Below are positions 30,853-40,786 of a DNA stretch of 46,065 bases, one piece after another. Position numbers and translations under genes: made by a program. The DNA is from Planctomycetota bacterium. GTDB lineage: Bacteria > Planctomycetota > Planctomycetia > Pirellulales > Lacipirellulaceae. The stretch's first letter is position 1. Each line of letters starts with the position of its first letter. The stretch lies in NCBI GenBank assembly GCA_013152515.1, contig JAADGD010000283.1, forward strand, positions 1 through 46,065, in the 5' to 3' direction. The notes under the pieces were generated by a model, which saw only the letters and a program-made list of their open reading frames with translations, was not told the origin of the DNA and searched no databases.

Positions 30853-32640
30853 TCATTCAAAAAATGCGACACGGCCTATTTCTTCCAAGCTTGATTCCTC
30901 GCGCTCGGCAAGTTCCAAACCGCAGCGCAGCAATGTCGGATAGTTTTGTTCTTTCACGTATTCCATAATTGTTTCTAAGCCAGCTTCTTGGGCGATGAGC
31001 CGCCGCAAATCCGCATTGGCAGGCAAAACTTCATAGATACCGATACGACCCTGAAATCCCGAGTCAAAACACTCTCGGCATCCTTCGCCTTTAGAAAAAC
31101 TTCGCCGCCGGTCACCTTGGTAGTGCAATGCTGATAGGTATTCTTCACTAGGATAGTACGATGTGCGACAGTGCGGGCAAATGGTCCGCACCAATCGTTG
31201 TGCGACCACGCCCACCAAGGCAGCAGCCAACTTATAGCTTTCGATGCCCATATCCATCATGCGTGTGATGGCACTCACACTGTCGTTTGTGTGCAAAGTG
31301 CTCAACACCAAATGTCCTGTCAATGCTGCTTGTACGGCGACCTGGGCCGTTTCGGCATCGCGGATTTCGCCTACCATGATCACGTCGGGGTCCTGACGTA
31401 AGATCGATCGCAGTGCCGTTGGGAAACTCACGCCGCGTGCAGAATCGACTTGCACTTGGTTGACCAATTCGATCTGATACTCGACCGGGTCTTCGACGGT
31501 GATGATGTTACGCTGGACCGACTTGATCAATTCCAAGGCCGAGTAGAGCGTTGTCGTCTTTCCACTACCCGTCGGCCCCGTGACCAATAGCAGGCCGTGC
31601 GGCTTGGCCAGTAAGGCTTTGACCATCGTCAACGTCTCTGACGAGATGCCCAGTTTGTCGAGATTGAACGTGAGTCGCTGCTTGTCAAGGACACGAATAA
31701 CGATCTTCTCACCGAGTACTGTCGGCAAGGTCGAGATGCGCAGGTCGACTTGCTTGCCATCGGCCACCACCTGGCAGCGTCCGTCTTGCGGAATGCGCTG
31801 TTCGGCGATATCGAGCTTCGCCATCACTTTGATGCGCGAGACCATCGCCGGATAAATATCGCGCCGCGGACGAAGCATCTCGACCAATTGTCCGTCGATG
31901 CGGAAGCGTACCGAAGCAAAATTTCGACTCGGTTCGATATGGATATCACTTGCATTCTTACGGATAGCTTGCAGAATCAAGTAGTTGATCAGGTTGACGA
32001 CAGGACTGCCTTCGACCAAATCGTGCACCGAGGCCACGTCGACATCGGATGTTTCAAGCTGGAGTTCAACATCCGCGTCATCCAGATCGGCCGTGACCGC
32101 ATCGACGCGAAAATCCTCGTCGTAGACCCGCCTTAGCATCCGATCGATGGCTGCTTTGAAAGCAAACACGGTACGAACATTCAAGCCAGTAAAGCGTTCG
32201 ATCCGATCGATCATGTCGAGATCAAGCGGGTCGTCCGTCGCGACGATTAAGGTCTTCTTGACACGGAACAGCGCCAGAACGGTTAAACTTTGAGCTAAAC
32301 CACGAGGCAAAATCCGTACCGCAATCGGGTCCAACATCCCTTCTCGCAACCGCACACCGGGCACTCCCAGTTGGGTTTCGATGAAAGGAAGTAATTGCTC
32401 TTCGTTAGCAAAGCCAAGTTCTAACAGCGCTTCGCCCAATTTTTTGCCATTTTCGGCTTGAAGGCTTAGCGCCGCTTCGAGTTCATCAGACGCAATTAGA
32501 TTGGCACTGAGGAGCTGTTGCCCGAGGGGACCGCGCAATGGCGCTCTCTTCAGCGGCGCACCGTCGTTCTCGGTACCAAGCGGCACGATTAACGGCAGCA
32601 GTTGCTCTTCTTCGATTTTGGGAGCGGCTACAAGAGTCAT
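30853..32640 (-). CDS. pilB: Assembly ATPase PilB/GspE with N-terminal MshEN-like domain
   Basis: ASDIHIEP, LDIAEQRIPQDGR, Walker A GPTGSGKTTT, EDPVEY, LRQDPDVIMVGEIRD, TGHLVLSTLHTND, Zn motif CPHC..CREC. Confidence 0.93.
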   Translation of the reverse strand: MTLVAAPKIEEEQLLPLIVPLGTENDGAPLKRAPLRGPLGQQLLSANLIASDELEAALSLQAENGKKLGEALLELGFANEEQLLPFIETQLGVPGVRLREGMLDPIAVRILPRGLAQSLTVLALFRVKKTLIVATDDPLDLDMIDRIERFTGLNVRTVFAFKAAIDRMLRRVYDEDFRVDAVTADLDDADVELQLETSDVDVASVHDLVEGSPVVNLINYLILQAIRKNASDIHIEPSRNFASVRFRIDGQLVEMLRPRRDIYPAMVSRIKVMAKLDIAEQRIPQDGRCQVVADGKQVDLRISTLPTVLGEKIVIRVLDKQRLTFNLDKLGISSETLTMVKALLAKPHGLLLVTGPTGSGKTTTLYSALELIKSVQRNIITVEDPVEYQIELVNQVQVDSARGVSFPTALRSILRQDPDVIMVGEIRDAETAQVAVQAALTGHLVLSTLHTNDSVSAITRMMDMGIESYKLAAALVGVVAQRLVRTICPHCRTSYYPSEEYLSALHYQGDRRRSFSKGEGCRECFDSGFQGRIGIYEVLPANADLRRLIAQEAGLETIMEYVKEQNYPTLLRCGLELAEREESSLEEIGRVAFFE

Positions 32641-32972
32641 CGCACAAAGCTCCCGATCGCTTCTTTTGTTTCGGCAAAAGTCTCGAAGCGTTCAGCCAAG
32701 CCCGTGATTCGGAAGACGTCCTTGCACAACTGCGATAGACCGGCTAGCTTGATCGACCCAGCAGACTCACGCAGCTTCTGTTGAATATCGAGCAGCGTCT
32801 CCAGACCGGCACTATCGATCAACGGCACATTACTCATATCGAGAACGATCATGGGCTGCCCAGCAAACGATTTCTCAGCGAAGGCCGCATAGAGCTGCTC
32901 AGCATTTTCGTGATTGAGAGCAACCGCGGGCGCGATCAGATCAACGGCACCTTGAGATTCGAACTGAAACAT
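32637..32972 (-). CDS. STAS domain protein (anti-sigma factor antagonist-like)
   Basis: IVLDMSNVPLIDSAGL with phosphorylatable Ser, VFRITGL; ATGA overlap with pilB. Confidence 0.9.
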   Translation of the reverse strand: MFQFESQGAVDLIAPAVALNHENAEQLYAAFAEKSFAGQPMIVLDMSNVPLIDSAGLETLLDIQQKLRESAGSIKLAGLSQLCKDVFRITGLAERFETFAETKEAIGSFVR

Positions 32973-32987
32973 GGCAAAAGCCTCTCG

Positions 32988-34817
32988 TTAAATCGGAATA
33001 GTTGCCATGAACGTCGTGCCTTGATCGATTTGACTCTCAACGGTGATCTCTCCACCGTGCATTCGAATCACTTCACGAGCCAACGAGAGTCCCAAGCCGG
33101 TGCCGACTTCTTCTTGCACTCGCGGGTCGTCGCTGCGGAAAAATTTGTCAAACACTTTGGTAATCTCTTCCGCAGAAATCCCAACGCCTGTATCCACTAC
33201 GGCAAATTGCAGTTGCTCTTCGTCAATATTCACTCGTAACGAGACGCGACCTTTGGCGGGAGTATATTTGGCAGCATTACCAAGGAGATTGACCAATACC
33301 GCGACAATCTTGTCTTTGTCGACTTGTATGTCCTCCATCTTTTCGGGCAACTGGACATCGAAATCGATTGATTTTTGCTTCATCAAAGGTTGTACTTTTG
33401 CCAGTACCTCTTCAAACAGCCGCGAGGAAATAGTCCGTTGTCGTTGGATACCGATCGAACCTGTTTCCATGCTGCTAATGCAAAGCAGATCGTCGACAAA
33501 GCGTGCCAGACGCGTGACTTCGCTGTTGATGATATTGCAGAATTTTTTTTGCTGCTCGACCTCAATTTCTTCGCACGTCACGAGGGTTTCTGCATAAGCT
33601 TTGATGTTCGAAAGCGGCGTACGAAGTTCGTGAGTCGCAGCGTCGATGAACTGATCGCGTACTTTTTCTGTCAGTTTCTGCTGCGTAATGTCACGCACAG
33701 ACCAAACATGCCCGCTTTGGTTCTCGTTCTCCATTGGCAGTCGTGCGACACGCAGAGTGCGTTGCCCACCACCGTCTCCCAGACGCTCAATCTCAGTTAC
33801 CACCGGGCAAAGGACTGCTGCGCCCTCGAACACCGAGTCCCGCAAAGCTTCGCTAGAAGACTTGTTGATGAGTTGTCCTTCGAATTCAATGCCGGCCAAC
33901 TCTTCGTCGGTCGTTTCACTGCCCAACAATGCTTCTATTGCTCGGTTGGCGAAAGTGATACGACCCTCTCCATCGGTCACGGCAATGCCGTCCGGAAAGT
34001 TGTGCAAGATATCTTGCATCCCGTTCTGTTCTCGTGCTGCTACGGCCTCTGCAAGTCGACTAGAAAGAGCGTCTGCCGTACCCGACGAGTGATCTTGATT
34101 CAGCGCGTTGACTAAGCGATTCCAACCGATAGAGATCGCATCTTTGGCGGGCAGCGGCTGTAGGATCAAGTCCACAGTGGGACGTTGAAGTGCAATGTGA
34201 CGCAATTGGGAGTCGACCTGAGCAAGTGGACTGGTCAGTCGCGCCAATAATACCCCTCCCGCTACAATCAGGCCGAGCGGCACAAGGATGACCGCAGGTG
34301 CCACGCGTGCAATTTCTGCCAAAGTACTCCAGGAATTGAGCTGCTGAACAGATATTCGCAACGAGCCAAAATGGTCCTCATGGGCAATCAAAGGAACTCG
34401 ATATTCGCTAATCGTCTGGCCTTGATCCTCTTGATATTGAATCCCAGAGACATTCCCCCAACGAAGCTGCTGACCTTTGTGGTCAATGGCAGACTGGCCT
34501 ACGACGTTGACATCGGTACTAGCAAGTACAGTGCCTTCCAGAGAGACTACCGAGCAGTTCTGCAGCCCGTTGGTCCACTGACTGCTTTGCAAAATCTTCT
34601 GGAAATCATTTGGTCCGTTGCGAAGATATTCTAACTCTAGTGCCGCAGCCGTCTTGCCAAGACGAGCGAGACAAGCACTCGTCGCGCGCGAATCGAGGAC
34701 TTTGTGAGCTGTCATCAACATCCCCATCGCCAGCCAGCTAACGGCGATAAGGCAGAACAACAGATAGTACGCGACTATCTTTCTTGGAAATCCCAGGTTG
34801 GAACTGCTGCGAAACAT
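32988..34817 (-). CDS. Membrane PAS sensor histidine kinase
   Basis: Two TM helices, PAS (DGIAVTDGEGRITFAN), H-box HELRTPL, N-box NLLGNAAKY, G1 DTGVGI, G2 GTGLGL. Confidence 0.93.
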   Translation of the reverse strand: MFRSSSNLGFPRKIVAYYLLFCLIAVSWLAMGMLMTAHKVLDSRATSACLARLGKTAAALELEYLRNGPNDFQKILQSSQWTNGLQNCSVVSLEGTVLASTDVNVVGQSAIDHKGQQLRWGNVSGIQYQEDQGQTISEYRVPLIAHEDHFGSLRISVQQLNSWSTLAEIARVAPAVILVPLGLIVAGGVLLARLTSPLAQVDSQLRHIALQRPTVDLILQPLPAKDAISIGWNRLVNALNQDHSSGTADALSSRLAEAVAAREQNGMQDILHNFPDGIAVTDGEGRITFANRAIEALLGSETTDEELAGIEFEGQLINKSSSEALRDSVFEGAAVLCPVVTEIERLGDGGGQRTLRVARLPMENENQSGHVWSVRDITQQKLTEKVRDQFIDAATHELRTPLSNIKAYAETLVTCEEIEVEQQKKFCNIINSEVTRLARFVDDLLCISSMETGSIGIQRQRTISSRLFEEVLAKVQPLMKQKSIDFDVQLPEKMEDIQVDKDKIVAVLVNLLGNAAKYTPAKGRVSLRVNIDEEQLQFAVVDTGVGISAEEITKVFDKFFRSDDPRVQEEVGTGLGLSLAREVIRMHGGEITVESQIDQGTTFMATIPI

Positions 34818-34875
34818 GGTTGTGCTTCGATCTTTTCAAGGCGGTGATGGCTTCTTTGTCTTCTCGCAGCAGCCA

Positions 34876-35280
34876 TCAAACGCACTCAGGCTCTTGCGCT
34901 GTAGCGACGAGCAGTTCCTCGCAAGTTTTGACAATCGCGGAGGGGCTGAACGGTTTTGCAAAAGTCGCGTCAATACCTAATTCTTTGCGAAGCCGAGGCA
35001 ACTCTAATTCCAGACCTTTGGCCGTGAGCAAAATAATTGGACAGTCTGAGTATTCAGGTCGGCTACGCAACGCTTGACATAATTCGATGCCCGTCATTTC
35101 CGGCATCTGTTGGTCGGTAATAACAATGTCGAATTGCGTTTCCAGGGCTGCTTTCAAGGCCAAACGACCGTTGAAGGCCGTCTCGGTCTCGAAGCCAGCT
35201 TTGTCGAGCGCAAACTGTGTTACCCGAGCCAACGCGACGTTGTCGTCGACGATCAATGCTCGTTTTGCTTTGGTGTCCAT
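34876..35280 (-). CDS. Single-domain response regulator (CheY-like)
   Basis: LIVDD, ITDQQMPEMTG, LLTAKG, KPF motifs; no output domain. Confidence 0.92.
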   Translation of the reverse strand: MDTKAKRALIVDDNVALARVTQFALDKAGFETETAFNGRLALKAALETQFDIVITDQQMPEMTGIELCQALRSRPEYSDCPIILLTAKGLELELPRLRKELGIDATFAKPFSPSAIVKTCEELLVATAQEPECV

Positions 35281-35328
35281 TTCTTTCCCGCCATCTTTAG
35301 AAACCCTTGCGCAAGCCGCTGGAAGTCC

Positions 35329-35745
35329 TCAAAAAGTGTCATAATTTCCGATGCCGCTCGCTGAAGCTGACGAGTCATTGATGAAAAACTCCCCAGCGTT
35401 GTACCGCCAAGCTCCACCTGTACCAGTCGTCGCAGCTCCATTCAGGATAGTGTTGGCTCCCGCCTGAGTCCCAACGGGACAGTTCGGGAAAACGTTGCCG
35501 CGCAGGAAGGGCAAAATATCTGTGTAAAAAGTTGCTTGGTCTGTCCAGGCTGGTGGGGTGCCACCATTCTCCGCTGCGTACAGTTCGATGGCGTCACGAA
35601 TAATTGTTAGAGTCGTTCTCGCACTGTTGTCCGTGGCTTTCGCGGACGTGTTGAACAATTTTGGCGCGGCGACTCCAGCCAGAATACCTAGAATCAGAAT
35701 CACCACAACTAATTCGATGAGTGTGAAACCTAGCTTGTTCTTCAT
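35329..35745 (-). CDS. Major type IV pilin / GspG-like pseudopilin
   Basis: Class III signal MKNKLG|FTLIELVVVILILGILA; strong GGAGG RBS; first gene of the operon. Confidence 0.9.
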   Translation of the reverse strand: MKNKLGFTLIELVVVILILGILAGVAAPKLFNTSAKATDNSARTTLTIIRDAIELYAAENGGTPPAWTDQATFYTDILPFLRGNVFPNCPVGTQAGANTILNGAATTGTGGAWRYNAGEFFINDSSASASGIGNYDTF

Positions 35746-36021
35746 CTTGAGTAACCTCCCCTAAAGAGAATATGAGTTTCTATGCAAACGTAGCTTGGGC
35801 TTCGCGAATAATTCACTTGTCCAGTGACTTATTAAGCGAACCTAGAAAAATACTAGCTCGCACATTTTGCAAAGCTAATACGGATTGCCGTAGTCGTGTG
35901 AGAGGAAAAACCGCTCCAAAAACTACAACCGGCTTGATCTCGAGAATGTTACCTTTCTGCCGGATGCAGCCGAGCTGCAAAGTCGTCTTGTCCCCCCCGA
36001 TAGCCTTAGCAGAAATAAACC

Positions 36022-36085
36022 AACCACGACGACGCGACGGGCACAACGCAAAAATTCTCGTGATGCTCATCACGTCGTCGTGGTT
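36022..36085. repeat. CACGACG-type periodic palindrome in the divergent promoter region
   Basis: Arms 36022-36048 and 36059-36085, 22/27 complementary; same family as 2193-2261. Confidence 0.8.
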
Positions 36086-36287
36086 CTACTTGGAGTTTTT
36101 CCACAAATTTAAGGAGATTTTTTGACCTTGCAGATCGCCTGCCAGATGCTTTGACTTATCTCGAAGATAGATAAGCTACCTTTGAATACCAGCCTGCTGG
36201 TAAATGAGCCTCCTGCAAAGGCTGAAATGCGATGCCGCTTAATCCGGCTGACAACTCGTATCCCAACAATTCGTTAAGGTATAGAGA

Positions 36288-37871
36288 ATGGCTACCTCGG
36301 TGACAGCAACTATCGATCCAGTACAATCTTGGCAGCGGACAGCGCTAGACGAACTGGAGCAGGCGTTTGGCCAATCGCTCGACTTGTGGACTTACTGCAA
36401 TACGGTGGGCTGGTCTCAGCAGGGTTCCGCGACCGATTGCCTAGCGACCGATCAGTTGGCGAGGCACGTCGAGCATGCTGTCCTCAATGGCGTACCACAA
36501 TCCCACGAACAATCGCCAGGACAATATCTCTTTGTGATTCCCTTGGGCAATCGAGTCGCAGCGACAACGACCGTAGGGACGGACAGTCCCGAAATCTTGG
36601 TTAGACTGGCGAGTACCAGTGGACGCTTTTTTCGGCAGCAAGAAGAGCTAACCCGTTTGCGTGAAGAGAACGGTTTCTTCTTAAAGCAAGTCAGCGATGA
36701 CTTTGAAGAGCTGACTTTTTTGCGGTCGATGGCTGATCGACTGGGACTTGGTGATAGCACACAAACTCTGGAACAGCTCATCGCCTCTTCTTTGCCTGAA
36801 TTAGGTAAATCGACCCATTCCGAAGAGCTGTACTACGTTCTCAATTCTAACGACGGCTCTAAAATTCTAGCGAAATGGCATTCGAATAGCGTTGACAGCT
36901 TGTCTCTGACAAGAAGAACGATCCAGACTTTGATTCAACAGCATTGGAACGCTAGCGATCAGCAGGTAACCATCCGAAATGGCTTCGATCCGTCCCCAGC
37001 GGGAGATGCGTTTGCCGGTATTCGTGAATTTATCATCGTACCTGTCGGCAATACCAACGTACCCTTGGGCTGGTATGTAGCGATAAATCGCCTCTCCGAA
37101 GACTCCGAACTTCAAGACTTTCCCGAGTGGCGGCTCAACCAACACGAATTCGGGACTAGCGAAGCGTCGCTGTTGTCGACGGCGGCTGCGATGACTGCTT
37201 CTCACGCGAATAATCTGTCGCTATTTCAAGAACGCGAGACGCTTTTGGTCAATGTGGTTCGCACACTTGTTTATGCCGTTGAAGCCAAAGACCAATACAC
37301 ATGTGGTCACAGCGAGCGCGTGGCGCTCTATGCCAAGCGATTGGCCGAGCAGGTCGGCTACGGCGAAGATGCTTGCGAATTGTTGTATTTAACGGGTTTG
37401 CTGCATGACGTTGGCAAGATTGCAATTAACGACGCAATTCTCAACAAGCCCGACCGATTGACCGACGAAGAATTCGCTGAGATCCAACGTCATCCGGACG
37501 AAGGCTGGAAGATTTTGCACGAATTGAAGCAGCTCAATTACGTGCTGCCCGGTGTGCTGCATCATCACGAACGTATCGATGGCAAAGGCTATCCCGATGG
37601 GCTTGCCGGCAAAGACATTCCGCTCGACGGTCGAGTGCTGGCGGTGGCTGATGCCTACGATGCGATGACGAGTGATCGAGCTTATCGCACTGGAATGCCA
37701 CACGACAAAGCCATAAGTATCCTTCGCAATGGTGCAGGTACGCAATGGGATTCCGAAGCGATCGAAGCATTCCTCGCCATCGAGTCTGAGATAATTACTA
37801 TCCGCGAAAATTATCAGCCACGCGACAAAACCAATCGGCTGGCCACGCCTGCTCTGTCGCCCAAACAGTAG
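36288..37871 (+). CDS. HD-GYP cyclic dinucleotide phosphodiesterase with N-terminal GAF-like region
   Basis: EAKDQYTCGHSERV, LLHDVGK, HHERIDGKGYPDGL, VADAYDAMTSDRAYR motifs. Confidence 0.92.
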   Translation: MATSVTATIDPVQSWQRTALDELEQAFGQSLDLWTYCNTVGWSQQGSATDCLATDQLARHVEHAVLNGVPQSHEQSPGQYLFVIPLGNRVAATTTVGTDSPEILVRLASTSGRFFRQQEELTRLREENGFFLKQVSDDFEELTFLRSMADRLGLGDSTQTLEQLIASSLPELGKSTHSEELYYVLNSNDGSKILAKWHSNSVDSLSLTRRTIQTLIQQHWNASDQQVTIRNGFDPSPAGDAFAGIREFIIVPVGNTNVPLGWYVAINRLSEDSELQDFPEWRLNQHEFGTSEASLLSTAAAMTASHANNLSLFQERETLLVNVVRTLVYAVEAKDQYTCGHSERVALYAKRLAEQVGYGEDACELLYLTGLLHDVGKIAINDAILNKPDRLTDEEFAEIQRHPDEGWKILHELKQLNYVLPGVLHHHERIDGKGYPDGLAGKDIPLDGRVLAVADAYDAMTSDRAYRTGMPHDKAISILRNGAGTQWDSEAIEAFLAIESEIITIRENYQPRDKTNRLATPALSPKQ

Positions 37872-37911
37872 ACTACCGACACGAAGTATTTCGTACTAAC
37901 TCTTTGGAATC

Positions 37912-38379
37912 GTGATGCATGCCAAGCCAACGGGCCGATCCGGATTTACGTACATCGAGCTGACGATCACGATGCTCGTGATGGGTATACTCGGCGCGAT
38001 TGCCATACCCACCTACGTGTCAACTCTTGCCAACTATCGGGCCAATTTAGCCGCCAGCAGGATCGTGGCCGACTTGCACTATGCTCGCTCCGAAGCGCAG
38101 CGAAACAGTTTGATCCGGAACGTGGTGTTTAATACGGGCTCGAATAGCTACACGCTTACCGGCGTCGCGGATACAGACCATTCTACGAACAATTACATTG
38201 TCAACTTGGTGGATGCTCCTTTTTCGGCAACTCTCGTTAGCGCTACTTTCGGAGCATATGCGACGGTGACATTTGACCGGTACGGTCGACCCGACAACAC
38301 CGGGACCGTCGTCGTACAATCGGGCAGTGTGCAAAAGACCATTACCCTTGCGGCCGATGGGACAGCGACCCTTCTGTAA
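37912..38379 (+). CDS. Minor pilin FimT/GspH-like
   Basis: RSG|FTYIELTIT; DLHYARSEA; TFDRYGRP. Confidence 0.85.
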   Translation: MMHAKPTGRSGFTYIELTITMLVMGILGAIAIPTYVSTLANYRANLAASRIVADLHYARSEAQRNSLIRNVVFNTGSNSYTLTGVADTDHSTNNYIVNLVDAPFSATLVSATFGAYATVTFDRYGRPDNTGTVVVQSGSVQKTITLAADGTATLL

Positions 38380-38399
38380 CTCATACTTCCGAGAGCGCC

Positions 38400-40139
38400 G
38401 TGATGCTTCGCCCCGCAAAATGTAACTCAACACGCCTTGCAACTGGCTTTACACTGCTCGAGCTAGCGATCGCCTCTGCCTCGGCGACGGTGCTAATGGT
38501 CGGATTGTCGTCGTCGCTTTACATAGCTGCACAATCGCTTGACGTTGGTGCCGGGTCGCTCGTGGAATCACGTACTGCCAATTCCGCCTTAGCCACGATC
38601 AATCGCGATCTGCAATCGGCGCTCACGCTTAGTGAACTTACCGCAACCTCGGTCACGATGTCGGTCCCCGATCGCAACGGAGACAATGTCCCCGAAACGA
38701 TTCGCTACGCTTGGGCAGGCACCGCTGGCGACCCGTTGACCCAAGTTTACAACGGCGGAACTGCCACCACACTCGCTGCCAACGTCCAGTCGTTCTCGCT
38801 CGCCTGGATGAAACGGTTGATCAAGGGTGTTTCTTCGCGGCCGATCGTGCTATTGGTCTCGGGACAGTCGCCCGATGCCACGGGCGGATTGGCTACACCA
38901 AGCGCAACAGAACAACTACGCATCGACTTGATGAATGGCTGGGGCTACGACGTGACGGTCATTTCGCAGCAGGCAAGCCAGTCGGAAATCGACGCTGAGC
39001 TGGCTAACGCAACTGTCGTGTATGCCTCTGGCGAAGCCAGCGGCACGACGATTGGCGCAAAACTCAACGCCGCGACAATTGGTGTCGTCACCGAATCGTT
39101 TGCCAATGCCGAGCAGTTGGGCTTTTACAGCAGTCTCACTGCTTTAAGCTCTAATCGCTCTACGATCAGCATAGTCAATACCAGCCACTACATTACTAGC
39201 GGGTACGCAACAGGCAATCTGACAGTCGCTTCTTCGTCACAAAGCATGAAGTGGACGACTTCGACCACCGCGCCCGATGCAGCCACGATTGCAGAAGCGG
39301 ACGCAGCGACTAACTTTCCGAGTCTATTGATTCTCGATGCGGGCGACCTACTTGCCAGTGGGGCTAACTCCGCAGGACGCCGCTGTCAACTGCCCTGGGG
39401 CGAAGGCGGTTTTGACGTCACCGCGCTCAACACCGACGGCCTAGCTTTGATGCAGCGGGCCATCGAATGGGCCGCCGGCGCGGGTGCCGATACCGTGTCT
39501 GCCGCCGGGCTTCAATTTGAAGAGCTCACCGAAGCACAACAATCCAGCAACACAACCAGTATCAGCATTGCTGTCCCGCCGGGCTATACGGCTGGCGATC
39601 TGCTGATCGCCGCTGTCGCAACCGATGGTAATCAGTCGGGCTCGCTTTCGCCTCCTGCCGGGTGGAATACAGTTCTTGTAGCTGCAGGAAATAGTAGCAC
39701 GACGCTCGGCGTGTGGTGGAAATTGGCCTCCGCTTCGGAAAGCAGTAGCTACGACTTCACATGGTCAGGCAACGAAAGAGCCTATGGCTGGATCATGCGG
39801 TTCACGGGACATGACCCGGCGAATCCGATCCACGCCACCGCCACAGGCGAGGGCACATCGAGTAGTCCAATCGCACCTGCAGTGACTACCACGGTTGATG
39901 GCTGTTTGATCTTACGGATCGGCGGTTTTGACGATGACGATGTCACCAACGGAGACGCCGGCATGAGCAGCCACACGACAATTACAGCAGGCGAAAGCAA
40001 CAATGGCTCCCAATCGGCTTCTGGTGCTGCTGCTTACCAGATGCAAACAACCGCAGGCGACAGCGGCATAGCCAATTTTACTCTCAACGGTAGCGAGCAG
40101 CATCGCACGGTGACGATCGCCATCGCCCCTGCCCCTTAA
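38400..40139 (+). CDS. Large minor pilin (PilW/GspJ position) with C-terminal adhesin-like domains
   Basis: TG|FTLLELAIA, INRDL; about 430 extra residues that are Ser/Thr/Gly-rich. Confidence 0.8.
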   Translation: MMLRPAKCNSTRLATGFTLLELAIASASATVLMVGLSSSLYIAAQSLDVGAGSLVESRTANSALATINRDLQSALTLSELTATSVTMSVPDRNGDNVPETIRYAWAGTAGDPLTQVYNGGTATTLAANVQSFSLAWMKRLIKGVSSRPIVLLVSGQSPDATGGLATPSATEQLRIDLMNGWGYDVTVISQQASQSEIDAELANATVVYASGEASGTTIGAKLNAATIGVVTESFANAEQLGFYSSLTALSSNRSTISIVNTSHYITSGYATGNLTVASSSQSMKWTTSTTAPDAATIAEADAATNFPSLLILDAGDLLASGANSAGRRCQLPWGEGGFDVTALNTDGLALMQRAIEWAAGAGADTVSAAGLQFEELTEAQQSSNTTSISIAVPPGYTAGDLLIAAVATDGNQSGSLSPPAGWNTVLVAAGNSSTTLGVWWKLASASESSSYDFTWSGNERAYGWIMRFTGHDPANPIHATATGEGTSSSPIAPAVTTTVDGCLILRIGGFDDDDVTNGDAGMSSHTTITAGESNNGSQSASGAAAYQMQTTAGDSGIANFTLNGSEQHRTVTIAIAPAP

Positions 40140-40153
40140 CCCGCCATCCGCGC

Positions 40154-40786
40154 ATGTATCCTCCACTGAATAAGAACCGCACAGGACTCTCGTTGATCGA
40201 AGTCGTCGTCTCGTCGCTGTTAGTCGGCACGGTCGTGGTCGGCTCGTTGTCGATGTTAGGGGCGTCGGTTCGTACGCAGACGACTGCTAACGCCCTGATT
40301 CACGGCCCACTGCTTGCCGATATGTTGCTCGCCGAGATTATGTCGATGCCGTATGAAGATCCCGAAGATGGCGGCGGCTCCATTGGCACGGATTCCGGCG
40401 AGTCGAACGGAAACCGTGCTGATTTCGACGACGTCGACGACTTCAACGGCTGGTCGCCTTCGGATGTCGAAGACCGTCTCGGCAACGAATTTAATGAATA
40501 CTCCGGGTGGACTCGCTCAAGCAGTGTGAACCGGGCCGATCGAATGAGCGGGAATTGGTGGTTCGCAGAAACAGGTCTCAAACGCATCATCGTGACCGTG
40601 ACTGCCCCTGATGGCACGGTAACCCAGCGGTATGGCTGGCGCTCTCGCGATGGTTCGCTCCAGCAACCGCCAACAGTGGACAAAACGGTCGTCACTCAAA
40701 TCGAGGCCACCTTGTCCGTCGGGTCTGCTTCCGCGATGCGCGGGACCACCAACTTACTCAATCATGTCGAGGCCCCTAATCCATGA
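40154..40786 (+). CDS. Minor pilin PilV/GspI-like
   Basis: RTG|LSLIEVVVS; LAEIMSMPY; acidic DDVDDF loop. Confidence 0.8.
   Translation: MYPPLNKNRTGLSLIEVVVSSLLVGTVVVGSLSMLGASVRTQTTANALIHGPLLADMLLAEIMSMPYEDPEDGGGSIGTDSGESNGNRADFDDVDDFNGWSPSDVEDRLGNEFNEYSGWTRSSSVNRADRMSGNWWFAETGLKRIIVTVTAPDGTVTQRYGWRSRDGSLQQPPTVDKTVVTQIEATLSVGSASAMRGTTNLLNHVEAPNP

Noticed and set aside
35746-36287. c-di-GMP-I (GEMM) riboswitch in the pilin/HD-GYP divergent region
   Set aside because: GCAAAGC is present, but there is no GGCAAACC-GAAA-GGGACGCAAAGC P1/P2 architecture on either strand.
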